A stretch of DNA of 64,000 nt, from positions 992,001 to 1,056,000 of the forward strand of contig CDLV01000006.1 of the NCBI GenBank assembly GCA_001244265.2. Reading direction: 5' to 3'. Source of the stretch: Microbotryum violaceum. Taxonomy: Eukaryota. Both the position numbers and the translations under genes were made by a program. This document shows, piece after piece, positions 23,339 to 37,166 of this stretch (positions within the stretch are counted from its first letter, which is position 1; each line of letters starts with the position of its first letter). Below the pieces are notes generated by a model. It searched no databases and had not been told where the DNA came from. It worked only from the letters and a program-made list of their open reading frames with translations.

Positions 23339-24089
23339 CAGAGACTGTCACTTGTTTGGGGAGGAGGGTCGGAGGGGGATCGAGCGGGGCGCGGATCGGA
23401 AGTGGTACAATGTGGACGTATAGATATGAGTTGTGCTTGTCAAAGCCTGAGTGGGCACGTGAACGATCTGTGCGAAGGGCAAGTAGTTGCCGACGGCGAG
23501 GACCGACGAGAGGTATTAAGGGAGCCCTTCGCCGCCGCGACGGATCACGTGATACGACTCGGCGATCGGTGACTCTCGCGCGAGTCGATCGATTATTCCG
23601 CTCTGGTCAGGCGAAGTTTGTTAGTTCGTAATCTGATCCTTCTTTAAAAACAGACTAAATCAAGACACGATCTTATCCCAATCAAGCTAGGTACCGGACA
23701 TGAAAGGGTTCGTGCAGTTAGTCACGGGCTGAGGTCGGGCTTGTGCCTTGCGATCTGGCGCGCTTTTCTCGAAAAGAGACGCTCCTTTCTCGACTCTAAG
23801 CCCCTTCCTCCTGCCCCTGTACGACACTAGACCCATTTGCGTTCGACGCCTCCCTTGACCTCGAGCCGAGCTCTCCGTTCGTCCTACTCGGGAACTCGCG
23901 GGCAAGGCTAGAACGGTACACAGATGGTCATCATGACGTACGTTCCTAATGAATCTCAACGCTGGGCGACGCGCTGCTTCCGTCATGTTTGAAGAGCAGA
24001 GTGCGCGTGCGAACTGATCGAGCTGATCCCTGCTGGCATCCTTCACCGCGTCATCCATCCCATCGATCCGGGACGCAATCTCATCAGCA

Positions 24090-26533
24090 ATGGTAACGGC
24101 AACAGTGACCACCGTGTCGAGATCCCCCGCTTCTTGACCATACAGGACAAAGCTCGCGATGCCAGCCAGAGCGTGTTGCACGAGCCTTTGCACGATTGGT
24201 CAGTCTACTTTTGCTCTCGAGTCTTGCGGCCACGTAAGAAGCCCGAGCGCGCGCGTCGTGCTCACTCGCTGGTGGTCTGGCCAAGAGAGCGCGTTCGGCT
24301 CGATCGCCAAAAGACTGACTCGATTGCTCCCAATGCGAAACATTCTGTCACAGGATCATTCTTGGCTACGAAGGCACGAGGGAGACGCTGCACTTGATCG
24401 ATCAAGGTCGAGGAGGTCTCGGCGTCGTCGAGATGAGGAGTTCGATTGTTAGTTTGGGTCACGAGAGCCTTGCTTCGAAACCAGGAAAAGGGGCCAATCC
24501 CTTTAACCGAACGTCCGTTAAAGGAGTGCTGCTGACTCGTATGGTCCCACCCCGTGTCTCGTACACGATTCACAGACACCGAACGATGTCAACTTTGGCT
24601 TGCTCAAGGTCGAGGGCCGGATACTGCTGTGGACTTATATGCCCGAGCATGCCATTAGCGGCGTCAGACGAGGTGCGCAATTTCCGCTAGCTCGCTGCAA
24701 TAATTATCAAGGCAGAAGATATGCTGACGTGGAGTCCCCATTCTAGCTCGAGCACTGGTGCATGGCCGTGCCTTGTTGACAATATTCAAAGTGGGTCTGG
24801 GTCCCCTCGACCTGTATAAAACGCCCGAAGCATTGTACTCACTCGTGGCTCCGTTTCTTCCCTTGCGCGCAGCACGACGCGACGTTCACCGCCAGTCGAG
24901 TCGCCGAGTTCACCCCCCAGATCACACGCTACAAGCTCAAACTTGATCGTGCCCTTCCTTCAAACACTTCCTCGCCTCCTACACCGACCTACCATTCTCC
25001 CAAGAGCTCACCCGAGATCACACCGCGACCTCCTTTAGGGATGCGACTCGCCTCGGATGACAGCAACTCACGATACGTTACGGAACCTAGGTCGAGCAAT
25101 AGCTCGTCACGCAAGGAGCAATGTTCGGATATCTACAAAGCCATGGTTGGACTTGACGTGTCCGACCCGGACCGTTCCCCTCCTTCGGCGGTTTGCGATC
25201 GATCAAACCAGCCGCCGCCTTCGAGATCGCAAACGCCACGCTCTGAAGTGGATGGGACGCTGCGCAATCAAATGCCTTATGTATCGTATGCACAAAAAAA
25301 CCGGACCCAGTTGTCGACGACGCGACCTTCTCCTCAGGGTCCTCCACCCCCTTCCAGATCTCAACCGCGGTTCGACCCTACTCAGTGCTACCCTTCCCCT
25401 CCCGCCTCGGCCGATCGCCATGCACCGTCTCGGCACCAACCCGCGTCGTCTCGGTCATCGATCGAAACTGCTACCGAAGAGAGGACCGCGATCCTTTACG
25501 AGGTCGAACATGCTTCTCCTAGTCGGTATTCACCGACCGACTACGGCGCGAGCGTTTACGGTGGTCAAGCCGAGGATACGTATTCGATCCGCCATCCACC
25601 GCCGGCGCGCTCAATTTCGAATCACTCGATCGATTCCTCAACTTTGGTCGAAGAAGAGGGGAGGCGAGAATCGTCGGAGGAAGCTCGAAAAAGGGAAGAG
25701 AGGGAACGGTTCGAACGCGAGTTGGCGATCAAGAGCTTGAGGGAGAAGAGGGAGGAAGAGGCCAAGCTTCGTGCGCGGGAGGTCGTGGAGAAGGAACACC
25801 AGGCGAGGATAGAGTATGAGCAACGACAGAAGGAGAGGGAGGCTTGGGTTTTAAAGGCCCAGAAGGAGAGGGAGGAGAAGCTGCGGTTGGTCGAGATGGA
25901 ACGACGGAAGAAGGAAGAAGAGGCGAAGAGGGAGGAGCGACGACGGGTTGAGGAGGATCAGAGGAAGAGGATGCAGGATGCGGCGACGAGGGTGCAGAAA
26001 GACCAGGAGAGGTTGTTGATGAGTCAGCATGCGCTGTTCAAGAAGTTGCAGGACGACGAGGAGGCGCTGGTCCGTGCGCAGGAGAAGAAGAAGCGACAGC
26101 ATGAACTCAAGGTTCGGTTCGCGCAGGGCAAGGCGACGTCCACAGCGATTGGGGGGACGGCGATCCTCGATGGCGAGGTGTCGGTCCAAGGTGGGAACTC
26201 GATCGTATGGAGGAGGAGATGGTTCGAGTTGCTCGCGGACGAGTTGGTGTTGTTCAAGAGTGCGGCAGAGCGTATTCGGATCAAGGCGATCGCTTACAAG
26301 GCGATTGTCAAGGTGGTCGATTCGCCCGAGGAAGCTGGGGTCGCGAATTCGTTCATGTTGACGCTCGAGGACGGCGACGAGTGGACCTTTTTCAGTAAGC
26401 TTGAGTCATTTTTTTTTTGTGGCTGATCGTTCTCGAGCTACGAGCTGATACGACTTGTCTTCCTCTTGCAGCCGACGAGTCCGCCGCCAAGGACGTTTTG
26501 CTCTCGGCGCTGGAAGTGGCGGCCGGCATGTGA
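24090..26533 (+). CDS. ADF-H (coactosin/Abp1-like) domain + coiled coil + C-terminal PH domain protein
   Basis: Spliced N-terminus 'MDKARDASQSVLHEPLHDWIILGYEGTRETLHLIDQGRGGLG...NDVNFGLLKVEGRILLWTYMPEHAISGVRRARALVHGRALLTIFKHDATFTAS' has the ADF-H pattern. It is followed by an E/R/K-rich coil and PH-like 'LDGEVSVQGGNSIVWRRRWFEL...LFKS...NSFML'. Confidence 0.8.
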
Positions 26534-26850
26534 TCGAGTTGACTCGACGGAGCCAGTAGAGCATTGTAGGACGATCGTATCATCACAGACGTTTCATCAT
26601 TATTTTTAGACGAGTGTTTGTGTTTTTGCATTTCGCAATTGCAGTCAGCGGGTCTTTCTTGCTTTCTCGTCTGTCCATCGAGGAAGATCCGAACGGATTC
26701 GAACATTGGTGATCTAGACCATCGCTACCTTCGGACTGTGGAGACTCTCGCTCGACTCCCGTCTCATCACTCGCTCACCCGCGCTCGACATCACCTCGCA
26801 CCTGCCCTCGAAGCCTCGACCAGAAGTCTATCACTCGAGTGTCGAGGACC

Positions 26851-29287
26851 ATGTGGCAAGAAGATTCGCCTTGGGGATCAGCAGATGACGCTCTGCCTTT
26901 CAGCACGTCAGACTTGCCTCGTCGACCGCCCTCTCCCTTGCCCAGCTTGGCGAGCTTCACTTCAAGCAGTAAGCCCGTCTCCAGTTCGGGAGGGGGATGG
27001 GGGGATGATGGAGGGTGGGGCGCGAATGTTGATGAGTCGATTGTGGTGACGGGTGGTGTGGCTTCGACTAGTGCGGTTACGTTGGATGGGGAGGGGGAGC
27101 ACAAGTTGGGTGATGAGGAGGTGGAGAGACGGTCAGCCACCGTGGCGGTGGGGAAGGAGAAGGAGGAGGAGGAGGACATGTGGATACCACCTACGTCAAG
27201 GACGAACACTGAGGATGAGAGTCGATATGGTGCGCATGATTCGACGGGGATGGCTACAGCCACCGCGAATGGAGAGTCACCTCCACTTGGTTCCGCCAGG
27301 CCTTCCACCACCACCCGGGATCAAGACATCGAATCCCATCACGATGCGGGAGCAGGAGGGGAAGGAGATTATGATGGATGGGGTGAACACGGCGCATCAC
27401 CGGTCCTGCCTCCGATCGCGAACCTGCGAGTCGACGACGAGGAGCCCGAACTCGATCTGCCCGACAAAGGCTGGGGAGGCGATGACGATGGATGGGTCCC
27501 TCCCGAAGTCCCAGAACCCCTACCGACTTTTGGTGACGTGTTTGAGAAACCTACTACGAGAAGGGAGAGTGTTGAGGAAGGATGGGGTGGGAATGATGCG
27601 GTGCCCAGTTGGAATGCCGGGGCCGGGGAAAGGGATGAGGGAGGTGCAGAATTGGATCGGGAGGCGAGTGAGGCCAGTGAGGATGGATGGGGTGGCGAGA
27701 TTGATGAGGCCGATCTGGACGTGAGTCTGCAGACGTGTGGCCTGTGATGAAGCTTTCTGAAAAGCTGATCTTATGCGGTACCCCTTCATCACATAGCCTG
27801 AACCAGAGGCTGAACCCGATCAAGGTGATGACGAGGAGGAACCAGACGAGACGACGACGAAAACGATCATCCGCCAGGCTTCGGTCGTCAAAGACGGTCT
27901 GCAAAAGACGGCAGTACGAACGGCCGAGACGATCCAGGGCAGTAGCGCATTCGCGGCGATTCGGAATGCCGGCACCACGTCCTTTGGACGACGGACCGTG
28001 TCAGCGAGTGAGCCCAGCGCCGCAGAGGAATCGGACGGCTCGACTAAAGCGCCGGTCAAGAGCTCTTGGTGGGGGTCCAAGTCGACATCAGACGCCACTG
28101 CTACGGCCCCGAACCCGTCTTCTCCGCCGCCACGGATAGCTTCGCCCTCGACTGGTCAGGAGGAAGGCGCTGCACCATCTCGGCTCGGTCGGCTCTTGGG
28201 TCGGCTGCGTCGGAATCCTGGCGGCAGCAACGAAGGGGCGACTGCGTCGGAGCCCAGCGAAGAACTACCTCCCGAGTGGAATCCGAGAGATTTGGATGTG
28301 CTGGACGCTTCGCGGCGGTCGAGCCCCCTTCAATCCGATTTTAGTTCAAGAACCGCACCTTTGGACGATTTCTTCCACGACATGCCTCGCAAGGCTACTC
28401 GCGTTCCTACAGCTCCACCCAACGACGACTTTGGTCTGCTCGGTGCATTCTCTCAAGCCTCCTCGAGACCGTCCTCGAGATCGAAGAAGGCGCCCCAGGC
28501 TCATGATCCCTTCGACCCCTTCGCCGACCACGACGAGCCGGCCGTGGCTGCATCACCGGCCTTCAACATCTCGCGTAACAGAGGCGTCGGTGCGTCGTCC
28601 TTTTCCTCGCCTTCGAGCTTCAAGATGGTTTCACCACCAGAAGAATCGTCTTCGTTACGTGTCAACTTTTCTGTGACGAAGACTTCGCAGCGGGCTGGGT
28701 CACCGGCAATTGTGGCGCCGCGTGCTCGTGCCGAGCAGTCCGAAGATTCGTTCGACGCCTTTTTTGACTCAGTGGCCAGCACGAACAAAAAGCCCGCCTT
28801 GTCGACAACGAGTTATGAAGATTTTGACCTCGCGATGCCCAAACCACAAGCCGGTCCGAAGAAGACGTTCGCTATCCCTCCTCCTTCGATCTTGCCCCGT
28901 GCCAACTTGTCGCGAGGGCCGACGCTCGTTTCGGCCGCGCCGCCTTTACGCGCCGCCTCAGCCTCACCTACGTTCGTGAACCCGCTCGCACCTCCTCCGC
29001 CCCCTTCTCAGCCACTCGCGAGTCGGCAACTGATCAGCGAACTTGCACGACCGGCTTCGTCGACGGGGTTCACTGCGCAGCAGAGGGGTGCGAGTCCGGC
29101 TCCGACGGCCAGTGCTCCGGCACCTTTGCTCTCTCCTCCTCCGCCTCCTGGTATGGGCGTCGTACCACTTGCTCCTTCACCCGTGGGATCGATCAAGCGC
29201 CCGGCCGGACCAGCTGTCAAGTCCAATGTCCCGCCTCCTTCCCAGGGACCGCTCTCGCCTGATGATTTCAGTTTCTTTGAGAGTTGA
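26851..29287 (+). CDS. Disordered acidic/Pro-rich protein with GW repeats and DPF / DFxxF-type motifs
   Basis: ORFs 26839-27747 and 27998-29287 are linked by a GTGAGT..TAG intron at about 27721-27797. Confidence 0.7.
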
Positions 29288-29652
29288 TGCCGACGCCTCG
29301 CGCTTGGTTCGTGAACCCCCCTCCGATATGTTATTTGAAGGTTTATCATTTTTGCATTGTACGCTATTGGCGTCCCTTCTCTGATCGATACTTTTTTGTT
29401 TGCAATCGTACTCGGTGTTTTACGTTTGACTGCCTGTGCATCTTATATGCGCTGCAGCTCAGGCCTGACTCTTTATATGGTGAGCCATTGTGACCGCCGC
29501 GCCTCGAAGCAGCTCGAAGCGGCTCGTTTTGGGTCGAGTGTGGTTTACGCGGGTTGTGCTTCTCTCCCCCACTCACTGCAAACCACACCCGCCGACCCGC
29601 GTTGGCCTCTGTGTACAGTAGTTCCCGGCAGCCCCCACGACGCGGAGACTCA

Positions 29653-32267
29653 ATGGCCGACCTTCCCAGCGATCCTACACCTACACCTGCTGCTCCTACA
29701 GAAGGCGATGAGCTCTCGTCGGATATTGTAGCTGCCACGGCTACGGGTACAGGGAGGTCGGCGGGTGCTGGTAAGTGGTGCTCATTCCCGGGCGCTGGGC
29801 ACGCGCGGACGGACCGGCCTCTCTTCCACGCCATAGAGGGGGGAGGGGGGGAAGAATTCCCAGCGAAGAGGGACTGAGACCGTGATCAATCCTCGTTCCA
29901 CGTCGATCATGTGTTGATCGTCTTCTACCGCAACAGGTTCAGTTCCATCTGCTTCAAGTGGTAGCAAGGCGGGAAGGCAGAAACGACATCGCGACGACAT
30001 GACGCCGACCACACCCCGCGTGAGTTATCACCGCCCGTCACCCCCCGTCGCGTGGTCGCTACTTCGACCGCCAGCCTTTGAATGGCTTACCCTCTGGGTG
30101 GCGATGAGTGCCAGAACTGACCATTCGGATTTGCCCCGCTTGGACAGTCTGAAGACGAGACCAAAGTCTTGGGCGGATTGACTCCGTTGGCCAAGAAGGG
30201 GTCAGTTTTTCAGCTCCCGTGTCCTTCCTCCTTGGGCGTCCTATCAATACCAAGTAGACCCGTGTTCCTTGTTTCTTTTATTCTACAAATCGCTAACCCT
30301 AACCCAATGCCGCTGACGCACTTCAGCCGCGTCCAACCGGATGCGAAATCCAAGCTCGTAGCCGGAACCGGCGCCGACGACGGACAACAAGGCGTCGCTT
30401 CAACCTCTTCGTCGCTCGCGTCCAGCTCCACCGCCGACGTCGAAGCCGAACAAGCCGACATTGACGACAACGACGAAGAAGAGGAAGATGAAGACGACGA
30501 GGATGAAGAAGGCGATAAACATATCACCCCACCTCGTTCGGCACCTACGGGTCTGGAACCCAACTCGCCACCACCGACGCCAATGCAATCCACGCCGCGC
30601 CGCGCCGAGGGACAAGAGACCAAGGCGATTCGGAAAAGGGTCGCCAACCTCGAATGGAAGGACGGCGAACAGGGTGTGTCGACCGTAACGACGACGAATG
30701 AGTCTGACGTGGAGATCGCCGACGTCGCGGCGGAGGTTTTAGAGAGTGCCAAGATGGCGGAAGGGGAAGAGGCCCAGGTCGCGGATGAGGTGCATGAGAC
30801 GGCCAAGAGGGTACATCAGGAGGATTCAGAGGCCGAGGATAAATTGATGAAGGAACGGGAAGCGAGCGTCGCGGCCGATGTCGCCGAGTCGGCACAGATG
30901 TTGGCTCAGGAGGATGAGGCCAAGCAGGATAAGGACGAGCACATCGCCGATGTCGCTTCCGAGGTGGCTGCGAGCGCAAAAAAGGTTTTTCAAGAGGATA
31001 AGAAGGATCAGGAGGTTGCACAGGTTGCTGCTGAAGTCGCGGAATCGGCCAAGGTCCTGGCACTCGAGATCCCGACCGAGCCGACCCCGCCGGCGAATCC
31101 TCCTGCCACGGCGCCCACCGCACCGGCGACGACGTCATTCTCGGCATTTTCTTCAAGCTCTTCTCCTTTCGCTTCCGTCTCGGGAGCATCCCCTTTATCG
31201 GGTATGGCACAGCCCAAAGCATCGACGGGGTTTGCGGAGTACATTCCCCCGACGACAGAAGCAAAGCCAAAGTCACGGACCAGCTTTGGCGGGGAAGCCG
31301 CTCCCTTGGTGACATCACCACCTCTTCCTGCCTCTCACCCCGAGACCGTCGACTCGGCACCCCTCAGTCTCGTGGGTAGGAGCTCACCGAGCGCCGAGCC
31401 CGTCCCCGTCCCTGCCAAAATCATTCCGACGTTCACCTCGTCGACGGCTTCTTCAACTTTTACCGCCACCACACCCTTGGGGAACAGCGCCTTTTCCACT
31501 GGTCCGTCGCCTTTCGCCAAGTTCGCCTCGCCAAGTGGTTTCGCTGCTGCGAGTAGCTCCTCGAAGGATCCATTGGCTTCGACGTCGACGAATAGTGGTG
31601 CGCTCGGGTCGACTTCGACAACGGCCTCGGGAGGGTTCGGTTCCTTCTCCGGTGCTTCTCCCTTCGCTTCCATTTCTTCCAAGTCCAAAACCTCCGCTTT
31701 ATCAGCGCAAGGCTCTCACGAAGAAACCAACGGCGACGAATCGACCGGTTCGTCCTCCACCCGTTCACGCAAGATGGGCGAACCTGAAGAGATCGATGAA
31801 TCGAAGCGCGTCTTTACGGAACAAGAGGTCGTGACGGGGGAAGAGGAGGACGAGTTGGTGCATTCGGTCAGGAGCAAGTTGTTCGTCATGCATGAAGGGG
31901 CTTGGGCCGAGAGAGGGGTCGGTTTGTTGAGGTTGAATAGGACGCAGGGGAAGGAGGATAAGACGGGCGCGAGATTGGGTACGCTTTTCGCGAGTGGCTG
32001 GGAGCTGCCTCCCCTTTCTTGACGGAGAGCTGACCCCTACTTTTCGCCAATGCTTACATAGTCATGCGAGCCGATGCGACTCACCGTCTTTTACTTAACG
32101 CGACCTTGTTCCCCAGTTTCTCGATCGAGGTCAACCAAGAGAAATACGTCCGGTTCGCCGTCATCGAAGCTGGGGAACCGACGTCGTACATGTTGAGGTT
32201 GTCGGGGCCGACGACGGCGAATGCGTTGGTCAAGGCGGTTAGTGAGGAGGTGAATCGATTAGAGTAA
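29653..32267 (+). CDS. RanBD1-domain protein (Yrb2/RanBP3- or Nup2-like)
   Basis: C-terminal RanBD 'VVTGEEEDELVHSVRSKLF...WAERGVGLLRLN...ARLVMRADATHRLLLNATLF', F-spaced S/G-rich repeats (SPFA, GGFGSF), and a basic NLS-like 'QKRHRD'. Confidence 0.85.
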
Positions 32268-32528
32268 TTAGATGAGGAGCGGAAGCGGAAGCGTGCGAAG
32301 GGGGAATTTCTTTTTTGCTGTCACTCATGCTTTCTCTTTGCTTCGTACGTGCCTTTTATGGGCCTGTCTGGAAGGGCGTCGTTAGATGCTTTCGACGATG
32401 ATGTTGACCAAAGACGGTCCTCCTCAAGGAGGGAAGTCTCGTTGCATTTCTTCATTCAGTGAGAGTGTGGAACGTTTCAAATGCATCATCTAACCAAAAA
32501 TAAATGCAACCTTGGTTCTCCAAACCCT

Positions 32529-33810
32529 TCAAGTGAAAACATTCCCCCACAAATCCGCCCCCACCAAGTCCTCCACCCCACCCCCTCTCAACGCCTCCCT
32601 AATCCAATCCTTCGTCTCCTCCGTCGCCACTCCTGCAAGCCTCACCACCCCACCCTGACCCTTCTCCAATTCCGTATACGACCAAATGAGGGAGTAAGGA
32701 TGCGCTTGATGGTATTGCGTTAGATTGGAGAAGATGGTGGAGATGTGGTTTCGGAGGTCCGAGGTCCGAGGTCCGAATAGGAACAAGGTCGCATAGACGG
32801 AGTAAGGCGCTAGACGAGCTTTGTAAGTCGTTGGATGGGTTCTTCGATGAGCTGTGGTTGGATGTGGTGAAAGTGGTGTGGTTTCAGTTTCATCCTCGAG
32901 GAGGAGAACGTCTTTGACGACCTTGCGAGAACCCAAGTGGATTAGGTTCCTCGATTCGTAGCGATCGAAGGCCCATTCCTCGGTTTCCTCTTCTTGAACC
33001 TCCGAACGATCCGCATCGACCGAAGTGGACACCATCGAAGAGCGTCCGGAGGTGTACCAGTCCAGGAGGATCAAGGAACTCGTTCCATCGGCCGATAGGT
33101 GGAAGGACTGGGTTTGGGAATACGAGGACGAGGCGAAACATGTTATGGGGGAGGGCAGGAGGATCAACGTGGAAGAGGGGGAGATGTGCGTCGTCAGGGT
33201 TTGGAGGGTAGGGGTGAGAGGGGTCGTAGAAGGAAAAGAGGAGGTGAGGTAGTGGCCCTTGCGGAGGCGGAATATCTTGGTGGAGCCTGCGAGCGGCAGG
33301 GGGTTTCGGAAGAGGGGCAAATAGGGGTGGGGGTGGGGAAGGGCGAATCTTTAGCGCCCGACTCCGTGGCTTGGTGCAGTGCAATCTGGGCATCGATTGT
33401 ACTGATGTCGGCGGAAAGTAAGTATTTATGACAGGAGAAGATACCTGACCATCCGATCGGAGACCACAGACCGGATCACAGACCAGGTCAGGTGCCTCGA
33501 GTCGGAGCTTATCTCCTCGTCGTCGTTCGCCCCACACCACAAAACCCCGACCCCACTCACCCTGGGTCAACATGACCAACGTCGCCCCATCCCTGACCTC
33601 GACCTTGAGGTCGATCCTATCCCCGGCGACCATACCGCCACCGTAGCCAATGATGTAAACGCATTGCAGCCCATCGACATAGTGTCGTTTCGGGACGATG
33701 AGCTTGAGCGGGTAGCAGAAGGAGACGGTCGAGAAGCGAGCCTGGTGCGAGGAGCGGGTGAGGATTAAGGTACCGGCTCCGGGGGGTATGGCGGTGGTGA
33801 GTTTAGTCAT
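32529..33810 (-). CDS. ureD: Urease accessory protein UreD
   Basis: 'FCYPLKLI', 'YGGGMVAGDRI', 'LTQGSTKIF' (across the intron), 'LLPSPITCF', 'LLDWYTSGR', 'WAFDRYESRN'. Confidence 0.92.
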
Positions 33811-34034
33811 GCGGGTAACGATGGGAAGGGGGGTGAGGGGTAGTGGGGAGGAAAGAAAGCCTCGGGAAACGGACCGCGGAGGAAGCACAGGAGAGAGCTG
33901 AGAGACGAGAGCCTAGGAGAGCAGAGGAGAGCGGAGGCAGCGAGTCAGAACCGAGGCGCGCTCGAGGTAAGGCCGTGGCTTTCACACTCGTGCACCCCGC
34001 ACACGCACACACCACATTCCCCACCTTCCCCACC

Positions 34035-36545
34035 ATGGCCGAAGCCGACTCGAGGGATCGTCACAGGGACCGTGACAGCCACAGGGATGCTCACAGGGAC
34101 CGAGAGGACGGGGACCGTTCGCACAAGCACCACTCGACCTCGTCCACTCGACGACGATCCGCTTCCCCCTCTTCACACGACCGTGACCGTAACCGGGAGC
34201 GTGACTCGCATCGACACTCCTCGTCGAGCAAACGGAGCAAACATGATGAGGAGGACGATAGGCATAGGTCGTCGTCGCATCGAGACCGGGGCAGGGACCG
34301 GGACAGGGACCGGGACGGTCGAGGGGACCGGGATAGAGACGAGGACCGCGATCGAGGGAGGCATCGCCAGAAGAGGTCGGTTATAGGCATCGTACAGCTA
34401 CTAGGTATCTGACCAACTAACCAGCTTTAGCTTTCCTGTCGTGTCCCAGCTCCTCCACTCCTCGCGAAAGCTCGGCCGAACGCGCGGCGAGGAAAGCCGA
34501 ACGCAAGGCCCGAAAGGCCGCCCTGGAACAGGACGCCCGCCAACTCGTCGCCGAGACATCTTTCTACTCGGCGAGCGACAACCCGTTCCACGACGCAAAC
34601 TTGGGCGACAAGTTCGTCTGGGGCAAGAAGAAGGAGAAGGAGAAGAAGATGGGTATGACCCCCGAGGAGGCAATGAAGAGGGATCGCGAGAGGGCCATAG
34701 AGTCCAAGGTGAGCCTGCTCTGAGCTTTGCCTTTTTCCTCGTTCTAGGGCTGGGAACTGACGTTGGCACATACACTAGCTCGAGATCGAACGCTTGAACC
34801 AACGTCGAGCCGAACGCGAACAAGAGATGCTCCTACGTGAAGAGGAACAGATGCGAGCCGCGCGCATGGCCGAGTCCGCGCAAATGTCGGCCTGGATCGA
34901 CCGCGAGGACGACTTTCACCTCGAGCAAGCCAAAAAACGAGCCGAAATTCGCGTGCGCGAACGTCGTGCTAAGCCCATCGATTTCCTGGCGCTGAACCTC
35001 AAGTGGAGTCAACCCCCTCTGCAGGAGGGCGACGAAGGCTTTGAGGAGCAGGAGGAGGACGAGGGTGAAGGCTTGGACGTCGACCTCGAAGAGCCCTACA
35101 CCATCTTTGATGTAGGTTCCCCAGTTTATCCGAGTAAGATTTTTTAGCGCTGATTTTTGATCTTCCTGCACCCCGACAGAACCTGATCCTCGAAGACGCC
35201 GAAGAATTGCACGAGGACATCAAGATGTACCTCTCGCTCGAAAAGAGCGAACAAAACCTCGAGTTTTGGCGCTCGCTGCTCATTGTCTCGTCATCCTCAC
35301 TCGAAGCACTCAACGAAGAGCGAGCAATCGGTGCGACCGCCTACGCTAAGCAGACTCAGGCCAACGCTTCGGTCAAGGGCGAGATCACGCGCCTCCTCTC
35401 GGGCAAGTCGTTGGACCAACTCGTGACGCTGCAGAACCAGGTCCAGTCCAAGCTCTCGAGTGGCGAACCCGTCGACGTTGAATATTGGGAAGGTCTGTTG
35501 AAGGAATTGGTCGTATGGAAGGCCAAGGCCAAGTTACGCGACATGCACGAAGTTGTCCTGGCGAATCGACTCGAACAACTGCGCAAGAAGCAACGTGACG
35601 AAGCGGCGCGTCAAGCCGAGGAGGTCAAGAAGGCTCTTGCGTCAGGCCTCAACCCTGATGATGAGGATGAAGATCAGGACATGGAGGATGAAAATGATCA
35701 GGTGATGCACCTTTCTCGACCCGCGGGTCCGGAACCATGGAGCGAAGACCTCGAACCCATCCAATTCGATACCGTACCAAGCGAACTACGATCCTGTGCC
35801 GTCGTCGATGCCGCGGAAGAACGCGCCGCTGTACAAGCCGCACGACTCAAGGTCGTTCAAACGCGTTTCGTCACCAAAACGCGTGCACCGAATGAAGTCG
35901 GTGGGGTCCAACAATCGGCGCAAGAGGCGGCGATCTACCAAGCTGCGATTGGGCAGGGCTTTGGCGATGAGGAGGAGTTGTTCACGGGTGAGATTGAGAT
36001 GAACAAACAGGCGTATTCGTGGGAAGACAAGTACCGGCCGCGCAAACCGAGGTACTTTAACAAGGTTATGGCTGGGTACGAGTGGAATCGGTACAATCAA
36101 GCCCACTATGAGTGAGTTCTGACCGCGTGGGTTTGTGAAGTCGTAGGAGGATGGGTGTATTGATACTCTCCTTCTCTTGGAAACGCCCAGCTCGGACAAC
36201 CCGCCACCCAAGGTCGTCATCGGATACAAGTTCCACATCATCTACTCTGACCTGGTCGACAAGACTAAGACACCGCAGTGGCGCATCATCAAGGACAAAG
36301 ACAACCCCGAGATGGCGACGATCTTGTTTTCCGCTGGTCCACCGTACGAGGATCTGGCGTTTAGGATTGTGAATAAGAAGATGGAGCATTCGAGTAAGAG
36401 GGGGTTCAGGAGTTCGTTCGATCGGTAAGTCGGGCTTGTGGAATTTGGTTGGAGGGAGGTGAAGACTAACCATGGATCTGTATGCTCTCGCAGTGGTGTG
36501 CTGCAGCTTCATTTCACGTTCAGGAGGAATTTCTACCGCAAGTAA
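34035..36545 (+). CDS. CACTIN: Cactin (spliceosome-associated, Cay1 orthologue)
   Basis: RD-rich N-terminus, 'NPFHDANL..KFVWGKK', 'FHLEQAKKRAEIRVRERRAKPIDFL', 'WEDKYRPRKPRYFNKV..GYEWNRYNQAHY', 'AGPPYEDLAFRIV', 'FYRK*'. Confidence 0.95.
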
Positions 36546-37166
36546 GAAAAGTAAGACAGGTTTCGGCTTGTCTCATGCAATGCATATTATCACGGTTGTA
36601 CGAATTTTGCAAGTAGGGCTCCTCACCGCGGGGTCGGATGGACTGTACACTCGAGCAGAGGTATCTCGGCGATATGATTGGCACGTAGAGACGGTCTTGG
36701 AAAACAGAGTGCTGGCTGCCCAGGTTCCCAACCGGCCGCCGCAAGAAACGATGCAGCACCAAGCAAAGCCACGTCGGTCTCGACCGAGCGCCTACTATCA
36801 GCCGGCACTTGAGAGAAGAATTGAGCCTAACTCAGCCTAGCCGAACCTGGCCGAACCCGAGCAGCTCCGCACCCGCGTAGCCCAGCCGGCGCGGGTTGAG
36901 TTGTCGCCACACCCCACACACAGTACACCCGCTCCGAACCACAGCGATTGGACTCGACTCACTGCACGTTCTTCGCCACTTCGGGACGTCTGCCAGGAAC
37001 CAAGTCACAACGCCCCCGGAGCGCCATCTGCCACGTGAACCCGCCGAGGTCGTCGCCCGTCGTCGCGCCGACTCGACGTCTTTGTGGGTCGCCCTTCCTC
37101 GTTCCGGGTACACCGTCGAAGGACCCAACACCCCTTGACAACATCCTGCCCCTCAAGTCGTCCGAC

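Noticed and set aside
23687..24193. 168-aa minus-strand ORF
   Set aside because: It overlaps antisense the first exons of the better-supported ADF-H gene and has no recognisable motif.
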